DNA of 64,000 nucleotides, from positions 224,001 to 288,000 of the forward strand of contig CAWETW010000002.1 in NCBI GenBank assembly GCA_963812155.1, read 5' to 3'. The position numbers and the translations under genes are program-made. Source of the stretch: Vulcanimicrobiota bacterium (GTDB lineage Bacteria > Vulcanimicrobiota > Vulcanimicrobiia > Vulcanimicrobiales > Vulcanimicrobiaceae). Shown one piece after another: positions 48,617 to 60,231 of this stretch. Numbering within the stretch: position 1 is the stretch's first letter; each line of letters starts with the position of its first letter. Under the pieces are notes generated by a model that ran no database searches, was not told the origin of the DNA, and saw only the letters and a program-made list of their open reading frames with translations.

Positions 48617-50005
48617 ATGACCTTCCGGCGCATCGCCGCGCTGACGCTCGGCGTCGGATACGTATTAGCCGCGACGGCACCCGGGCGCGCGCAAACGCTG
48701 AACATCCCGGTCGCGTCGCAGATTCGCCCCATTGCGACGGCAGTGCTCTTCCAGGAGTTCTTCACCGATTTCTTCCCGGAGAGCGACGGCACGACGTACG
48801 TGCAGACCGGCGACATTCCGGCAATGTGGCTGCGCGACTCGGCCGCCCAGACGATCCCCTACATTCGCTTCGTCAAAGTGTATCCAGCGCTGCGCTCGGA
48901 GTTCTTCGGCGTTGTCCAGCGCGACGCCAAGAACATCCTCGTCGATCCGCACGCCGAAGCTTTCAGTGCCGACTATCACGTGTGGGAAGGAAAGTGGGAG
49001 ATCGATTCCTTGGCGTGGCCGGTCACGCTCGTCTTCATGTACTACGCCAATACGCACGACCGCACGATCTTCACGCCGACACTGCATCGCGCGCTTCAGA
49101 CGATCGTCTCCACGCTCCAGTGCGAGCAACGGCATGCGACCTGCAGTCACTACTCCTGGCCGCAAGCCGTCCCGACCCACAATCGATACAACCCCGGTAC
49201 GGGCATGATTTGGAGCGCGTTCCGGCCATCGGACGACCCGGTCACGTACCGGTTCAACGTTCCGCAGAACGCCTTCGCGGTGGTGGCGATGCGCCTGCTC
49301 GCCCAATTTGCGCGCGAAGTCTACGGAGACGCGAAGCTGGCGAGCGACGCGATGACGCTGGGAAATCAGGTGCAAGCCGGTATCGAGCGGTACGGACGCA
49401 CGTGGGACGCCGCGCACGGGTGGATGTACGTTTACGAAACCGACGGGTTCGGCAACGACAACCTCATGGACGACGCGAACATTCCGAATCTCACTGCGCT
49501 GCCGTATATCGGCTGGTGCGCGTCGAACGATCCAGTCTACCTCGGCACACGCGGCTTCACGCTGAGCAAATCCAATCCGTATTACTATTCGGGAAAGTAC
49601 GCGACGGGACTCGGCAGCCCGCACACGCCGGCCGGCTGGGTCTGGCCGCTCGGCATCATCGGTGCGGCGATCTCGACGCGCAACCGTCACGACATTACCC
49701 ACAGCATCGACATGCTCGACCAGAGCGATACGCTCAACGGTCTGATGCACGAATCGGTCGATCCCAACGACCCGTCGCGCTTCACGCGTCCCGAGTTCGG
49801 CTGGGCGAATGCGTTCTGGGCCGACCTGCTCTTTCGCACGGTCGCCGGGTATCCGGTGACTCCGTTCGCGCCGATGAGCACGGCCATCCCGTTCGAAAGT
49901 TATAGCGACGTTCCGCAGATTACATTGCTGCCGACGCAGTTGTTCAACACCGCCGAAATCAACTCGACCCTCGGATACCTCCTTTACCGTCGTGCTCGAC
50001 GCTGA
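48617..50005 (+). CDS. Secreted GH125 glycoside hydrolase (exo-alpha-1,6-mannosidase family)
   Basis: TGDIPAMWLRDS, KWEIDS, FRPSDD, MDDANIP, GSPHTP, MHES, F.WAN. Confidence 0.9.
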   Translation: MTFRRIAALTLGVGYVLAATAPGRAQTLNIPVASQIRPIATAVLFQEFFTDFFPESDGTTYVQTGDIPAMWLRDSAAQTIPYIRFVKVYPALRSEFFGVVQRDAKNILVDPHAEAFSADYHVWEGKWEIDSLAWPVTLVFMYYANTHDRTIFTPTLHRALQTIVSTLQCEQRHATCSHYSWPQAVPTHNRYNPGTGMIWSAFRPSDDPVTYRFNVPQNAFAVVAMRLLAQFAREVYGDAKLASDAMTLGNQVQAGIERYGRTWDAAHGWMYVYETDGFGNDNLMDDANIPNLTALPYIGWCASNDPVYLGTRGFTLSKSNPYYYSGKYATGLGSPHTPAGWVWPLGIIGAAISTRNRHDITHSIDMLDQSDTLNGLMHESVDPNDPSRFTRPEFGWANAFWADLLFRTVAGYPVTPFAPMSTAIPFESYSDVPQITLLPTQLFNTAEINSTLGYLLYRRARR

Positions 50006-50014
50006 CGTCCGCGG

Positions 50015-51157
50015 TTGACCGCGCTGCTTCTTGCGGCGGCGTTCGCACTGCCGGCCGCCGAACGAACGCAGATCGACGCCGTCGTCGCAAGCGTCACGCG
50101 CGAGCAGCACATCGCCGGCCTCTCGCTTGGAATCGCACGCAGCGGCAGACGGTTGTACCTGCGCGGATACGGATTGCGCGACGTCAATCGCGACCTGCCG
50201 GCCGATGGTTTCACCGTGTATCGCGCCGGCTCCATCGCTAAGCAGTTCACCGCCGCACTGGTCTTGCGCGCCGTAGAAGCTGGCCGAATGCACATGCCTG
50301 CGGTGGAGCATCTCCTGACCCAAACGAGCGGCGATTCCGGCGCATGGCATTACGACAACGCCAACTATGCGCAGCTCGGATTGATGCTGGAAGCCGCTTC
50401 CGGCCGCTCTTTTGAAAATCTGCTGCGGGAACGGATCACCGGCCCGCTGGGCTTGGAGTCGACGGGGTGCCGATTGCCGCCCTACGCCGGCAACGCCGCG
50501 CGCGGCTATGCATGGAACGGTTCGTGGACGGCTCTACAATCCGGCGACGACGTGCCGTGCAGTTCGGCCGGCCTAACGGCAAACGCGCCCGACCTCCTGG
50601 CTTGGCTGGAAGCGCTGCGCTCCGGAAGCATCGTCTCGGCGGCATCGTTCGCAGCAATGACGACGTCGGCGAGACTTCGCAGCGGGATCCCGGCGAACTA
50701 CGGATATGGTTTTTTCATCGCCGATTGGTTCGGATACACCGTTGCCGAGCATTCCGGGAACGTTCCCGGCTACTCGGCTCTCGACGCCGTCGTTCTGCGC
50801 GATGGCCTCGAAATCGCGGTCCTCACGAACGCCGACGCAGTAGACCTCACGCCCCTAGTCAAGAGTGTCGTCGCAGTCCTGGATCCGCCGCTCGATCGAA
50901 ATCTCGCAGCAACCGTCGGTGCGCCGCCGCAGAACGAGAATCTCGGCGTGACGGACGCGCTAAAAGCACTGCTGCAGACCTCCGGCTTCGCATCGTACGG
51001 AACGCTTGACGCCCTCGAGTTCGTCGAGCGTTCGGCCTCCGCCGCAACGACCTACGACAAGTATCGCGCCACCTTCTCGACCGGGCAATGGTGGGTGGTA
51101 TTAGGGTATCGTGCCGGCGATACGATCGTATCGCTCTCGCTCTCGCCGGTCCAATGA
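50015..51157 (+). CDS. Compact serine hydrolase (beta-lactamase fold)
   Basis: SIAK (SxxK), YDN (YxN), HSG. Confidence 0.85.
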   Translation: MTALLLAAAFALPAAERTQIDAVVASVTREQHIAGLSLGIARSGRRLYLRGYGLRDVNRDLPADGFTVYRAGSIAKQFTAALVLRAVEAGRMHMPAVEHLLTQTSGDSGAWHYDNANYAQLGLMLEAASGRSFENLLRERITGPLGLESTGCRLPPYAGNAARGYAWNGSWTALQSGDDVPCSSAGLTANAPDLLAWLEALRSGSIVSAASFAAMTTSARLRSGIPANYGYGFFIADWFGYTVAEHSGNVPGYSALDAVVLRDGLEIAVLTNADAVDLTPLVKSVVAVLDPPLDRNLAATVGAPPQNENLGVTDALKALLQTSGFASYGTLDALEFVERSASAATTYDKYRATFSTGQWWVVLGYRAGDTIVSLSLSPVQ

Positions 51158-52533
51158 AGCGGCTTGCGTCGGGCGCCGTCCTTGCCGCGTTGCTGGCGCT
51201 TTTGCTGCCCGCGCACGCGCGCGCCCAGGCGCTGGTCGTTCCGCTAACCGGGAAGCGCGTGCACGACGTCCAGCCGGACCGGTTTTTTCACACGCTCTTC
51301 TCCGACTTCTTTCCCGAAGACGACGCCACGACGTACGTCCAGACGGGAGACATTCCGGCGATGTGGCTGCGCGATTCGTCGGCGCAGACGATTCCCTACG
51401 TGCGCTTCCAAACGGCGTTCCCAATTCTGCGCGGGCGTTTCGCGGGGGTGATCGCGCGGAACGCGCGCAACATCGCCACCGATCCGTACGCGAACGCCTT
51501 TCAAGCCGACTACCACGTGTGGGAGCGCAAATGGGAAGTCGACTCGCTGGCGTGGCCGGTCGTGCTCACGTGGGTGTACTGGCGGCTCACGCGCGACGAA
51601 ACGATCTTCTCGCCGGAACTCCACGTCGCGATGCGGACCATCGTCGCGACCTACGCATGCGAGGAGCGCCATCGTCAGTGCAGCCGGTACGTCTATCCGT
51701 ATCGCGTCTCGACCAATAACGCGTACGCCGCCAACACGGGATTGATTTGGGGGGCATTCCGGCCGTCCGACGATGCGGTGCTCTATCGTTTCAACATTCC
51801 GCAAAACGCGCTAGCCGTCGTGGCGCTGCGCGAAATCCGGATGCTCGCGCTTCAAGGCTACGGCGACGGAGAGCTTTCTAACGCCGCGGGTTCGCTGAGC
51901 GACCGCGTGGAGAGTGGGATTCAGCGCTTCGGCCGCTTCTTCAACGTGAAGCGGCGCGCGTGGATGTACGCCTACGAAACCGACGGATACGGCCGCAACA
52001 ATCTCATGGACGACGCCAACCTCCCCAATCTCACGACGCTCCCGTACATCGATTGGTGCTCCGCGTTCGACCCCACGTATCTCAATACGCGCGCCTTTGC
52101 ATTGAGCTCCGACAATCCGTTCTTCTTCAAGGGACGTTACGCCGCAGGATTGGGCAGTCCACATACGCCGCCCAACTACGTGTGGCCGCTGGGCATCATC
52201 GGGCGCGCGCTGACGGCGACGGGTTCCGGCGAGGTTGCCGAAGCGATTACCACGCTGGCGGAAACCGATGGCGAGTCGGGCATGATTCACGAGAGTTTTT
52301 ACGACGACGGCTATTGGCGTTATACGCGCGCCGAGTTCGGCTGGGCCAACGCGCTCGGCGCCGACCTGTTCTTTCGAAGCCTCGGCGGATTTGCATCGAC
52401 GCAGTTCATGCCCGACGGGGCGGTGCTGCCCTTCCAGCGGCGTACCCCGACGCCGACGCTGGTGCCCGCGTACACGCAGTTGGAAAACGCGCGCAAGATC
52501 GTTCGCGCGCTCGGGCGCCTGCTCGAACGTTGA
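51154..52533 (+). CDS. Secreted GH125 glycoside hydrolase, paralog
   Basis: Same motifs as the 48617 gene; signal peptide MKRLASG...ARA. Confidence 0.9.
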   Translation: MKRLASGAVLAALLALLLPAHARAQALVVPLTGKRVHDVQPDRFFHTLFSDFFPEDDATTYVQTGDIPAMWLRDSSAQTIPYVRFQTAFPILRGRFAGVIARNARNIATDPYANAFQADYHVWERKWEVDSLAWPVVLTWVYWRLTRDETIFSPELHVAMRTIVATYACEERHRQCSRYVYPYRVSTNNAYAANTGLIWGAFRPSDDAVLYRFNIPQNALAVVALREIRMLALQGYGDGELSNAAGSLSDRVESGIQRFGRFFNVKRRAWMYAYETDGYGRNNLMDDANLPNLTTLPYIDWCSAFDPTYLNTRAFALSSDNPFFFKGRYAAGLGSPHTPPNYVWPLGIIGRALTATGSGEVAEAITTLAETDGESGMIHESFYDDGYWRYTRAEFGWANALGADLFFRSLGGFASTQFMPDGAVLPFQRRTPTPTLVPAYTQLENARKIVRALGRLLER

Positions 52534-52592
52534 GCATTCCGCGCGAGCGTTGAGCGGGATGCGCCGGGCGCATCGCCAACGAGCAAACCGGT

Positions 52593-55500
52593 ATGAATCA
52601 GGGCTATTATCGGTATCCTACGATCGCCGGCGACCGGATCGTTTTCGTCTGCGAAGACGATCTTTGGAGCGCCGGCGCGGACGGCGGAGTTGCACATCGC
52701 CTCACGGTGAGCTTCGGCATGTGTTCGTATCCACGGCTTTCACCCGACGGACGCTCCGTTGCGTTCGTTTCGACCGACGAAGGGAATCCCGAGGTCTACG
52801 TGATGCCGGCGGACGGCGGCGTCCCCAAGCGCCTGACGTTTCTCGGAGCCTCGCAGGCGGCCGTTTGCGCGTGGTCGCCGGACGGTAGTGAGATCTACTT
52901 CGTTGCGAATCCGACGACGTGGGACGAGCAGGCGCGGCCGTTTGCGACCACCGTGGAAGGAGCCGTACGGGAACTCGGCCTCGGACACGCGCGCTCGTTG
53001 GGGCTCGCGAACGACGGCGGAATCGCGCTCGGACGTAACGCCGTCGACGCGGCTCGGTGGAAACGCTATCGCGGGGGTACCGCGGGCGAAATATGGTTCG
53101 CTTCCCAAGCAAGTGGAACGTTCCGCAAGCTGCCGCTTCCCGACGGGAATCCGACGTGGCCCATGCCGATCGGCGAACGCATTTATTTTCTCTCGGATCA
53201 CGAAGGCATCGGCAACCTGTACTCGTGCGACCTCGAAGGGAACGGCGTCTCTTGTCACACGCAGGAGCGGGAATACTATGCGCGCTTTCCGTCGACCGAC
53301 GGCAAGCGCATCGTCTATTCGGCCGGCGGAGAGATCGCATGCTTCGACGCGACGACCGGCGACACGCGGCGCGTTCCGATCGAAACGCACTCCGCCGCGC
53401 CCCAAACGGTGCGCCGTTTCGAGGACGGATCCTCGTCGTTGGAGCACTTTGCGCCGCATCCCGACGGTACGCGCATCGCATTCGTTTCGCGCGGCCAAGC
53501 GTTCACGATGCCGCTCTTCGAAGGCGCCGTCAACCATCACGGTGCCGGCAGCGCGTCGCGCGTTCGATTGACCGAATGGCTCGCCGACGGCAAGCGATTC
53601 GCCTGCGTCACCGATGCCGGCGGCTACGAACGCATCGCGGTCTTTCGCGCGGATTCCGCGCGGGAACCAGAGATTGTGACCAGCGGCGACATCGGGCGCG
53701 TTACGGCACTCGTCTGCTCGCCCTCGAGCGACACGCTGGCGTTTGCCAACCATCGCCACGAACTCTGCGCCGTCGATCTCGAGGACGGTTCGGTGCGCAA
53801 GCTCGACACGAGCCCCACAAGGCGCGTCGAGGATCTCGCATTCTCTCCCGATGGGCGCTATCTCGCCTACGTCTGGTGGGCGGCGCAGCAAACCTCCATC
53901 GTGCGCATCGTCAAAATACGTTCCGGCAAAATCCACGACGTCACGACGCCGCTGCGCGTCGATCGCTCCCCGGTGTGGGACCCAGCCGGAAAGTATCTGT
54001 ATTTCATTTCTACGCGCGATTTCAATCCGGTCTACGACGCGCTGCAGTTCGAGTTGAGTTTTCCGCAGGCGGGCAGGCCGTTTGCCGTCACGCTGCGCGA
54101 CGACGTTCCTTCGCCGTTCGTGCCGCCGCCCAAACCCGTGCACCGCGCGCACGAGCAGGAACGTGAGGAAAAAAAGAAGCGCGACAAGGCGGTCGACGTC
54201 GATATCGATTTCGACGGAATCACGGGCCGCGTGCTCGGATTTCCGGTCGACGAAGGAGAGTACGGCCAAATCGTCGCGCTCGCCGATCGGGTGCTATTCA
54301 CACGTTTTCCGCTTCAGGGCATCAAACCGACGCGGCGCGAGGATCGTGAAGAGAACGAGCCCGGAACGCTCTACGCGTACGACTTCGAACAGCAACGTCA
54401 GGCGACGATCGCGCAGGAGTGCGAGGAGATTCGACTCAGCGCCGACGCACGCACGCTGGTCTACCGCTCGCAAGACCGGTTGCGCGCGATCGACGCGCTC
54501 AACGACCTTCCCGAGGAAGGCGACGAGCCGAAGCCGGCATCCGAACCCGGTCGCAAGAGCGGATGGATCGATCTCGATCGCGCGAGCGTCGAGGTCGTTC
54601 CGCGCGACGAATGGGCGCAGATGTACCGCGAAGCGTGGCGTCTGCAAGCCGAGCAGTTCTGGGTAGAAGACATGAGCAACATCGATTGGAAGCGCGTGTA
54701 TGCGCGCTACGATGCGGTCTTGCCGCGCGTACGGACGCGTGGCGAACTTTCCGATCTCATCTGGGAGATGCAAGGCGAGCTCGGAACGTCGCACGCCTAC
54801 GAATACGGAGGCGACTACCGCGTCCCGCCGCAATACCAGCGCGGATTTCTCGGCGCCGATCTGGTTTGGGACGAAGCGCGAAAGGGTTATCGCATCGAGC
54901 GCATCTATCGCGGCGACTCGTGGAACCGCGACACCGATTCGCCCCTGGCCGAACCCGGGCTGGCCGTACGCGAAGGCGACGTCGTCGTCGCCATCGGCGG
55001 CAAGCGCCTTTCGCGCGAAACGACGCCCGAACGCCTGCTGGTCAACACCGCGGGACGCGACGTTTCGGTGACGCTGCGGGCGCGACGCGACGAAGAACGG
55101 ACGGTGCTCGTCAAAGCGCTTGAAAGCGAGCACGCCTTGCGCTACCGCGCGTGGGTCGAAGCCAACCGGCGTCTCGTCCACGAACGGACCGGCGGCCGCA
55201 TCGGATACCTGCACGTACCCGACATGGGACCGTGGGGATTCTCCGAGTTTCATCGCGGATTCTTGAGCGAGTTCGATCGCAAAGGCTTGCTCGTGGACGT
55301 TCGCTACAATCGCGGCGGACACGTCTCGTCGCTGCTTTTGGAGAAGTTGGCGCGCAAGCGCGTCGGCTACGACGTGCCGCGCTACGGAGCGCCCGTCCCG
55401 TATCCGCCGGAATCGGTCGCCGGCCCGCTCGTCGCGCTCACGAATCAGTTTGCCGGTTCGGACGGCGACATCTTCAGCCATTGTTTCAAGCTCTACCGGC

Positions 55501-55809
55501 TCGGGCCGCTCGTCGGGAAACGCACGTGGGGAGGCGTCATCGGCATCGAACCCTATCATTATCTCGTCGACGGCACGCTTACGACGCAACCGGAGTTCTC
55601 GTTTTGGTTCGCCGACGTCGGCTGGCGCGTCGAAAACTACGGCACCGATCCAGACGTACGACGTCGACGTCGCGCCGCACGACTATCGCGACGGAAAGGA
55701 TCCGCAGTTGGACACGGCGCTCGAGTTGATGGAACGCGCGCTTGCCGATTTCGTCGACGTTCGTCCCGACATGACGGCGCGTCCGTCGCTGCCCTTGCCC
55801 GAGGCCTAA
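52593..55809 (+). CDS. Tricorn protease (S41); +1 frameshift near 55656
   Basis: WKRYRGG, ELGTSHAY, PDZ, GSDGD catalytic Ser, GKRTWGG; C-terminus GKDPQL in the shifted frame. Confidence 0.93.
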
Positions 55810-57285
55810 GTGTCTTCGCGCCGGCGGCTCGCGTGCGATTTGGCCGCGTTTCTCGTGCCGGCGATCGTATACGTCGCCAGCGCGTCGCACGAGCCGGCAT
55901 CGTGGGACACGGCCGAGTTGCAAGGCGTGCCCTACATCCTCGGCATCACGCACCCGACCGGTTTTCCGTTCTACGTGCTGCTCGGGTGGGTGTGGTCGCA
56001 CGCGATTCCGCTCGGCACGATCGCGTTCAGGCTGAACGTTTTTAGTGGGGTCGCGCTCGCCGCCGCCGCGGCCCTAGCGTACGCGTGCGCGCTGGAGTTA
56101 GGTGCGTGGCCCCCGGTCGCGCTCGCGGCGTCGCTGTGGTTTTCGTTTACGCAGAACGTGTGGTCGCACGGTGCGCGCGCCGAAGCGCAGGATTTGGCGG
56201 TCGCCTGCGAAGCGTTCGCGTTGTACGCATTCCTGCGATGGATGCGCGGACACGGCGATCGCTGGTTTTTGGCGGCATTTGCCGGCTTTGGTCTGGGCAT
56301 TGCAGCACATCCCAACGCGATTTGGCTGGCGCCGGGTCTCGCCGCCGGCGCAATCGTCGCGCGATCGCGTCCTACGGCCAGGCTTCTCGCCGGAGCGCTC
56401 GCGCTGACGGCCGCCGGATTGCTGCTGTACCTGTATCTTCCGTTACGTTCTGCATACGTCGTCGCGCACGGCCTCGACCCGGCGCACGTGCTGCCAGGCG
56501 CGGGCGGCGGAATCTTTTGGAACTATAACGACCCGAGCACTCCGGCCGGGTTCGTGCGGGCGTTGACCGGAACGGAGTCCGACGCGCCGCACTTCTTGCT
56601 GGCATCGCTCAATCCGTTGCACGCACAGGATGCGCTGTGGGCCTTCTTCTCGGCAATCGGCGAACAGTTCGGCGCCTTCGCGTTGATCGTCGTACTCGCC
56701 GGCGCCGTTTCGGCGTGGAAACGCGATTGGCGAACCACGCTGTTTCTCTGCATTGCGTGTACCGCCGCACTGCTGTTCTCGGTGACGTATCCAAACGAAG
56801 CCGACGTCGGACGTTACCGCATGCTCGCACTGTGGCTCGCGGTCCCGCTGCTCGGCGCGCTCGCGCCCTCCGGCGGCGCATCGGCGAGGAGTTCCTCGCT
56901 GCGCGCGCTCCTCGCCGCATTTCTCTGCGCGGGCGCGTTGATTTCGCTCGTGTCGCATCGCAGCTTCTTCACGCGTGCACCGCGCGAAGGCGGACGCTGG
57001 GTCATCGATGCCGTCCGCCCGTTCGTTCCGCCCGGTGGGGTGGTGGTCGTCGACGGCTGGATCGACGCAACGTCGCTGGCGTACGGCGCGTACGTCGACC
57101 AATCGCTTCCGGGACGAATCGTCGTCTCCGGTTGGGACCGCGCCGACATGGGAAACTACCGAGCCTGGGCGAGCGGACGGCCCGTTTTCGTTCTCACCGA
57201 TCCGCACGTCGAAGGGTCGCTCCCGGGTGCGACGCCGGCCGCGCGGCTGGATGCCTACCACGAGCTTTTCAAAGTCGAGCGATAG
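55810..57285 (+). CDS. DUF2723 / TMEM260-like membrane glycosyltransferase
   Basis: [26 protein letters not shown]; multiple TM segments. Confidence 0.8.
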   Translation: MSSRRRLACDLAAFLVPAIVYVASASHEPASWDTAELQGVPYILGITHPTGFPFYVLLGWVWSHAIPLGTIAFRLNVFSGVALAAAAALAYACALELGAWPPVALAASLWFSFTQNVWSHGARAEAQDLAVACEAFALYAFLRWMRGHGDRWFLAAFAGFGLGIAAHPNAIWLAPGLAAGAIVARSRPTARLLAGALALTAAGLLLYLYLPLRSAYVVAHGLDPAHVLPGAGGGIFWNYNDPSTPAGFVRALTGTESDAPHFLLASLNPLHAQDALWAFFSAIGEQFGAFALIVVLAGAVSAWKRDWRTTLFLCIACTAALLFSVTYPNEADVGRYRMLALWLAVPLLGALAPSGGASARSSSLRALLAAFLCAGALISLVSHRSFFTRAPREGGRWVIDAVRPFVPPGGVVVVDGWIDATSLAYGAYVDQSLPGRIVVSGWDRADMGNYRAWASGRPVFVLTDPHVEGSLPGATPAARLDAYHELFKVER

Positions 57286-57290
57286 GAATC

Positions 57291-57310
57291 GTTTTGCAGC
57301 AGTGCAAAAC
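57291..57310. promoter_or_regulatory. Palindromic operator upstream of aceA
   Basis: GTTTTGCA-gcag-TGCAAAAC perfect inverted repeat. Confidence 0.6.
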
Positions 57311-57413
57311 CAACCATCCAACGATTGGATTTGACCCATCCAATGCACCGATCCAAAGATCGTACCGGAGCCAGCCAATCTCCGAACGCTACACCGGAGG
57401 AGGAGCCAACGCC

Positions 57414-58716
57414 GTGAACGCCACCGAACGCGCCGAAGCCATCGCCCGCACGTGGAAAGAGCCACGTTGGAACGCGACTCGCCGTCACTACTCCGCCACC
57501 GACGTCGTGCGCTTGCAAGGCAGCGTCGTCGCCGAACATACCTTGGCGCGAATGGGCGCGCAACGGCTTTGGGATGGCCTTCACGGAAGCGCCGCGACGG
57601 CGGCACTCGGTACCCTCACCGGCAATCAAGCCGTGCAGGCGGCGCGCGCCGGGCTCGATGCGATTTACTGCAGCGGCTGGCAGGTGGCCGCCGACGCCAA
57701 CGTCGCAGGCGAGATGTACCCGGATCAAAGTCTCTATCCGGTCAACAGCGTGCCTTCGGTCGTCCGGCGCATCAACAACGCGCTCGCCCGGCTCGACCAA
57801 ATCGAGTCGCTCGACGGCAACGGCGGAGCGCATTGGTTTCTTCCGATCGTCGCCGACGCCGAAGCCGGATTCGGCGGACCGCTCAACGTCTTCGAACTCA
57901 TGAAAGCGATGATCGCAGCCGGCGCGGCCGGCGTGCACTTCGAAGACCAGTTGAGTTCCGAAAAGAAATGCGGCCATCTCGGCGGCAAAGTGCTGATCCC
58001 GACGCAGCAAGCCGTGCGTCACCTCGTCGCGGCGCGGCTCGCGGCCGACGTGCTCGACGTGCCGACGATCGTCATCGCGCGCACGGATGCAAGCGCCGCC
58101 AAGCTGATCACCAGCGACGTCGATCCGATCGATCGTGAGTTTCTGAACGGAGAACGCACGGCGGAGGGCTTTTTCGTCACGCGCCCGGGCATGGACGCGT
58201 GCATCGCCCGCGGCCTCGCCTACGCGCCCTACGCCGACCTCGTGTGGATGGAAACGTCCGAGCCGAGTCTGGAGGAGGCCGAACGCTTCGCCGCCGCGAT
58301 CCGCGCCAAGTTTCCGGGCAAGATGCTCGCGTACAACTGTTCGCCGTCGTTCAACTGGAAGAAAAAACTCGACGAACGGTCGATCGCGACGTTCCGCGAA
58401 CGGCTCAACGACATGGGGTACAAGTTCCAGTTCGTGACGCTGGCCGGCTTTCACGCACTCAACTACGGCTTTTTCACGCTGTCGCACGACTTCAAGACGC
58501 CGCGGCATGAGCGCGTACGCCGACTTCCAAGAGACGGAGTTCGCGGCCGGCGCCGACGGATACACCGCGACGCGCCATCAGCGCGAGGTCGGAACCGGAT
58601 ACTTCGACGAAGTCGCGACCGTCATCGGCGAGGGGCGCAGTTCGACCACCGCGCTCGCAGGGTCGACCGAAGCCGAACAGTTCTACGAAAACGGCAAAAG
58701 CGTTCACAGCGCGTGA
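57414..58716 (+). CDS. aceA: Isocitrate lyase; +1 frameshift near 58500
   Basis: [41 protein letters not shown] in the shifted frame; GGAGGAG RBS. Confidence 0.95.
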
Positions 58717-60218
58717 ACTTCGCCCCGGCTGATTTTTCGCTCGACCGCGATTTGCCGAGCGGATTCGGCGATTTCTACCGTTCCCTGCACGCCCGCTTTA
58801 CGTCCGAGCAGCGCCGGCTCTCCGACGCACGCGCGCGCAGGCTGACGCGCGCGAATGCCGGCGAGCGGCCGCACTACTTACCGCCTTCGCGGGCCACGAC
58901 GTCGCCGTGGAGGATCGATCTCCCCGACTGGTGTCGCGACCAGCGCAATCAAATGACCGGGCCGGCCGACGATGCGGAACTCGTCGTAAAAATGCTCAAT
59001 TCCGGCGCACCCGGCGTGATGCTCGATCTCGAAGACTCGATGGCCAACACGTGGGAGCATCTGATGCTCGGCCACGCCAACATCGTTGCCGCGCTCTACG
59101 GCGACCTCTCGTATCGCGACGCCAAGCGCGATGCGACGGTACGAATTGCACCGAGCGCAACCGTCGTGTGGAATCGCGTGCGCGGTCTCCATCTCTCGCA
59201 AGCCGGCATCTTCCCGGGCGAAACGACGAGCGCGTCGCTCTTCGATCTCGCATTGCTCGCGTTCACCGTCGATTTCGAGCGCCTGAAACATCCGCTCTGC
59301 ATCTACATTCCGAAATCGGAGTCGGCCGAGGAGGCGCTCTGGTGGAAGGACGTGTTCGACGCGCTGCTGATTGCCAAGCGATGGCCGCCCGGCTCGATCC
59401 GCGCGATGGCGCTGGTCGAATCGCATCCGCTCGCCTATGAGATGGAAGAGTTCCTCTTCAACTTGCGCGACTACATCCTCGGGCTGAACTTCGGGCGTTG
59501 GGATTACATGGCCAGCCTGATTCACTACAACTTCACCGATCCGGATTGGGTGCTTCCCGATCGCAATACGATTCCGCTCGACGTGCCGTTTTTTCAGCGG
59601 CTGCGAACGATTCTTCCGGAAATCGCGCACACGCACGGCGCGCTCGCAATCGGCGGAATGACGGCGCTCTATCCAAGCCGCGAAGATCCCGAGCTCAACG
59701 CGCGCGCGCTGGCCGTTCTCGACCGCGACAAGAAAAACGAAGCCGCGTGTTTGATGGACGGCGCGTGGACCGGCCATCCGGATCAAAACGCCATCGCCGT
59801 CGCGGCGTTTCCGGCGCCCAACCAAATCGAGCGGCGTCCGGAACTCTCCAACCGCCATCCCGACCTGCGACCGGCGCCCGCCGGAGTCGGCACGACTACC
59901 CTCGACGGCACGCACGCCGCGATACGCACCGTGATTCGCTATCGCAACGGCGTGCTCGAAGGCAAAGGCGCGAGCCTGCTCGACGGTTACATGGAAGACC
60001 TCGCCACCGACCGCATCTACCGTCTGATGATCGCGCAGCGCCTGCGTTTTCCCGGCGCGTACACGCCGGCCTCGCTCCCCGCTGCATTCGACGAAGAACT
60101 CGACCGCATTCTGCGCGAGCTGGGCGCCGGCGCGCCGCCGGAAGCACGCGCGCGTTTTCGCGAGGCGCGCGACCGTTCCGAACGCATGATCGTGGAGGGC
60201 GCCTTCGACCCGGCGTGA
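58713..60218 (+). CDS. aceB: Malate synthase A-like
   Basis: [39 protein letters not shown] overlap with the aceA stop. Confidence 0.85.
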   Translation: MNFAPADFSLDRDLPSGFGDFYRSLHARFTSEQRRLSDARARRLTRANAGERPHYLPPSRATTSPWRIDLPDWCRDQRNQMTGPADDAELVVKMLNSGAPGVMLDLEDSMANTWEHLMLGHANIVAALYGDLSYRDAKRDATVRIAPSATVVWNRVRGLHLSQAGIFPGETTSASLFDLALLAFTVDFERLKHPLCIYIPKSESAEEALWWKDVFDALLIAKRWPPGSIRAMALVESHPLAYEMEEFLFNLRDYILGLNFGRWDYMASLIHYNFTDPDWVLPDRNTIPLDVPFFQRLRTILPEIAHTHGALAIGGMTALYPSREDPELNARALAVLDRDKKNEAACLMDGAWTGHPDQNAIAVAAFPAPNQIERRPELSNRHPDLRPAPAGVGTTTLDGTHAAIRTVIRYRNGVLEGKGASLLDGYMEDLATDRIYRLMIAQRLRFPGAYTPASLPAAFDEELDRILRELGAGAPPEARARFREARDRSERMIVEGAFDPA

Positions 60219-60231
60219 AACGCCGCTTGCC

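Noticed and set aside
56637..60218. Apparent 1193-aa isocitrate lyase-malate synthase fusion
   Set aside because: One extra C near 58500 creates it. The conserved ICL C-terminus ([11 protein letters not shown]) is intact in the other frame and ends in a normal GTGA overlap with aceB.
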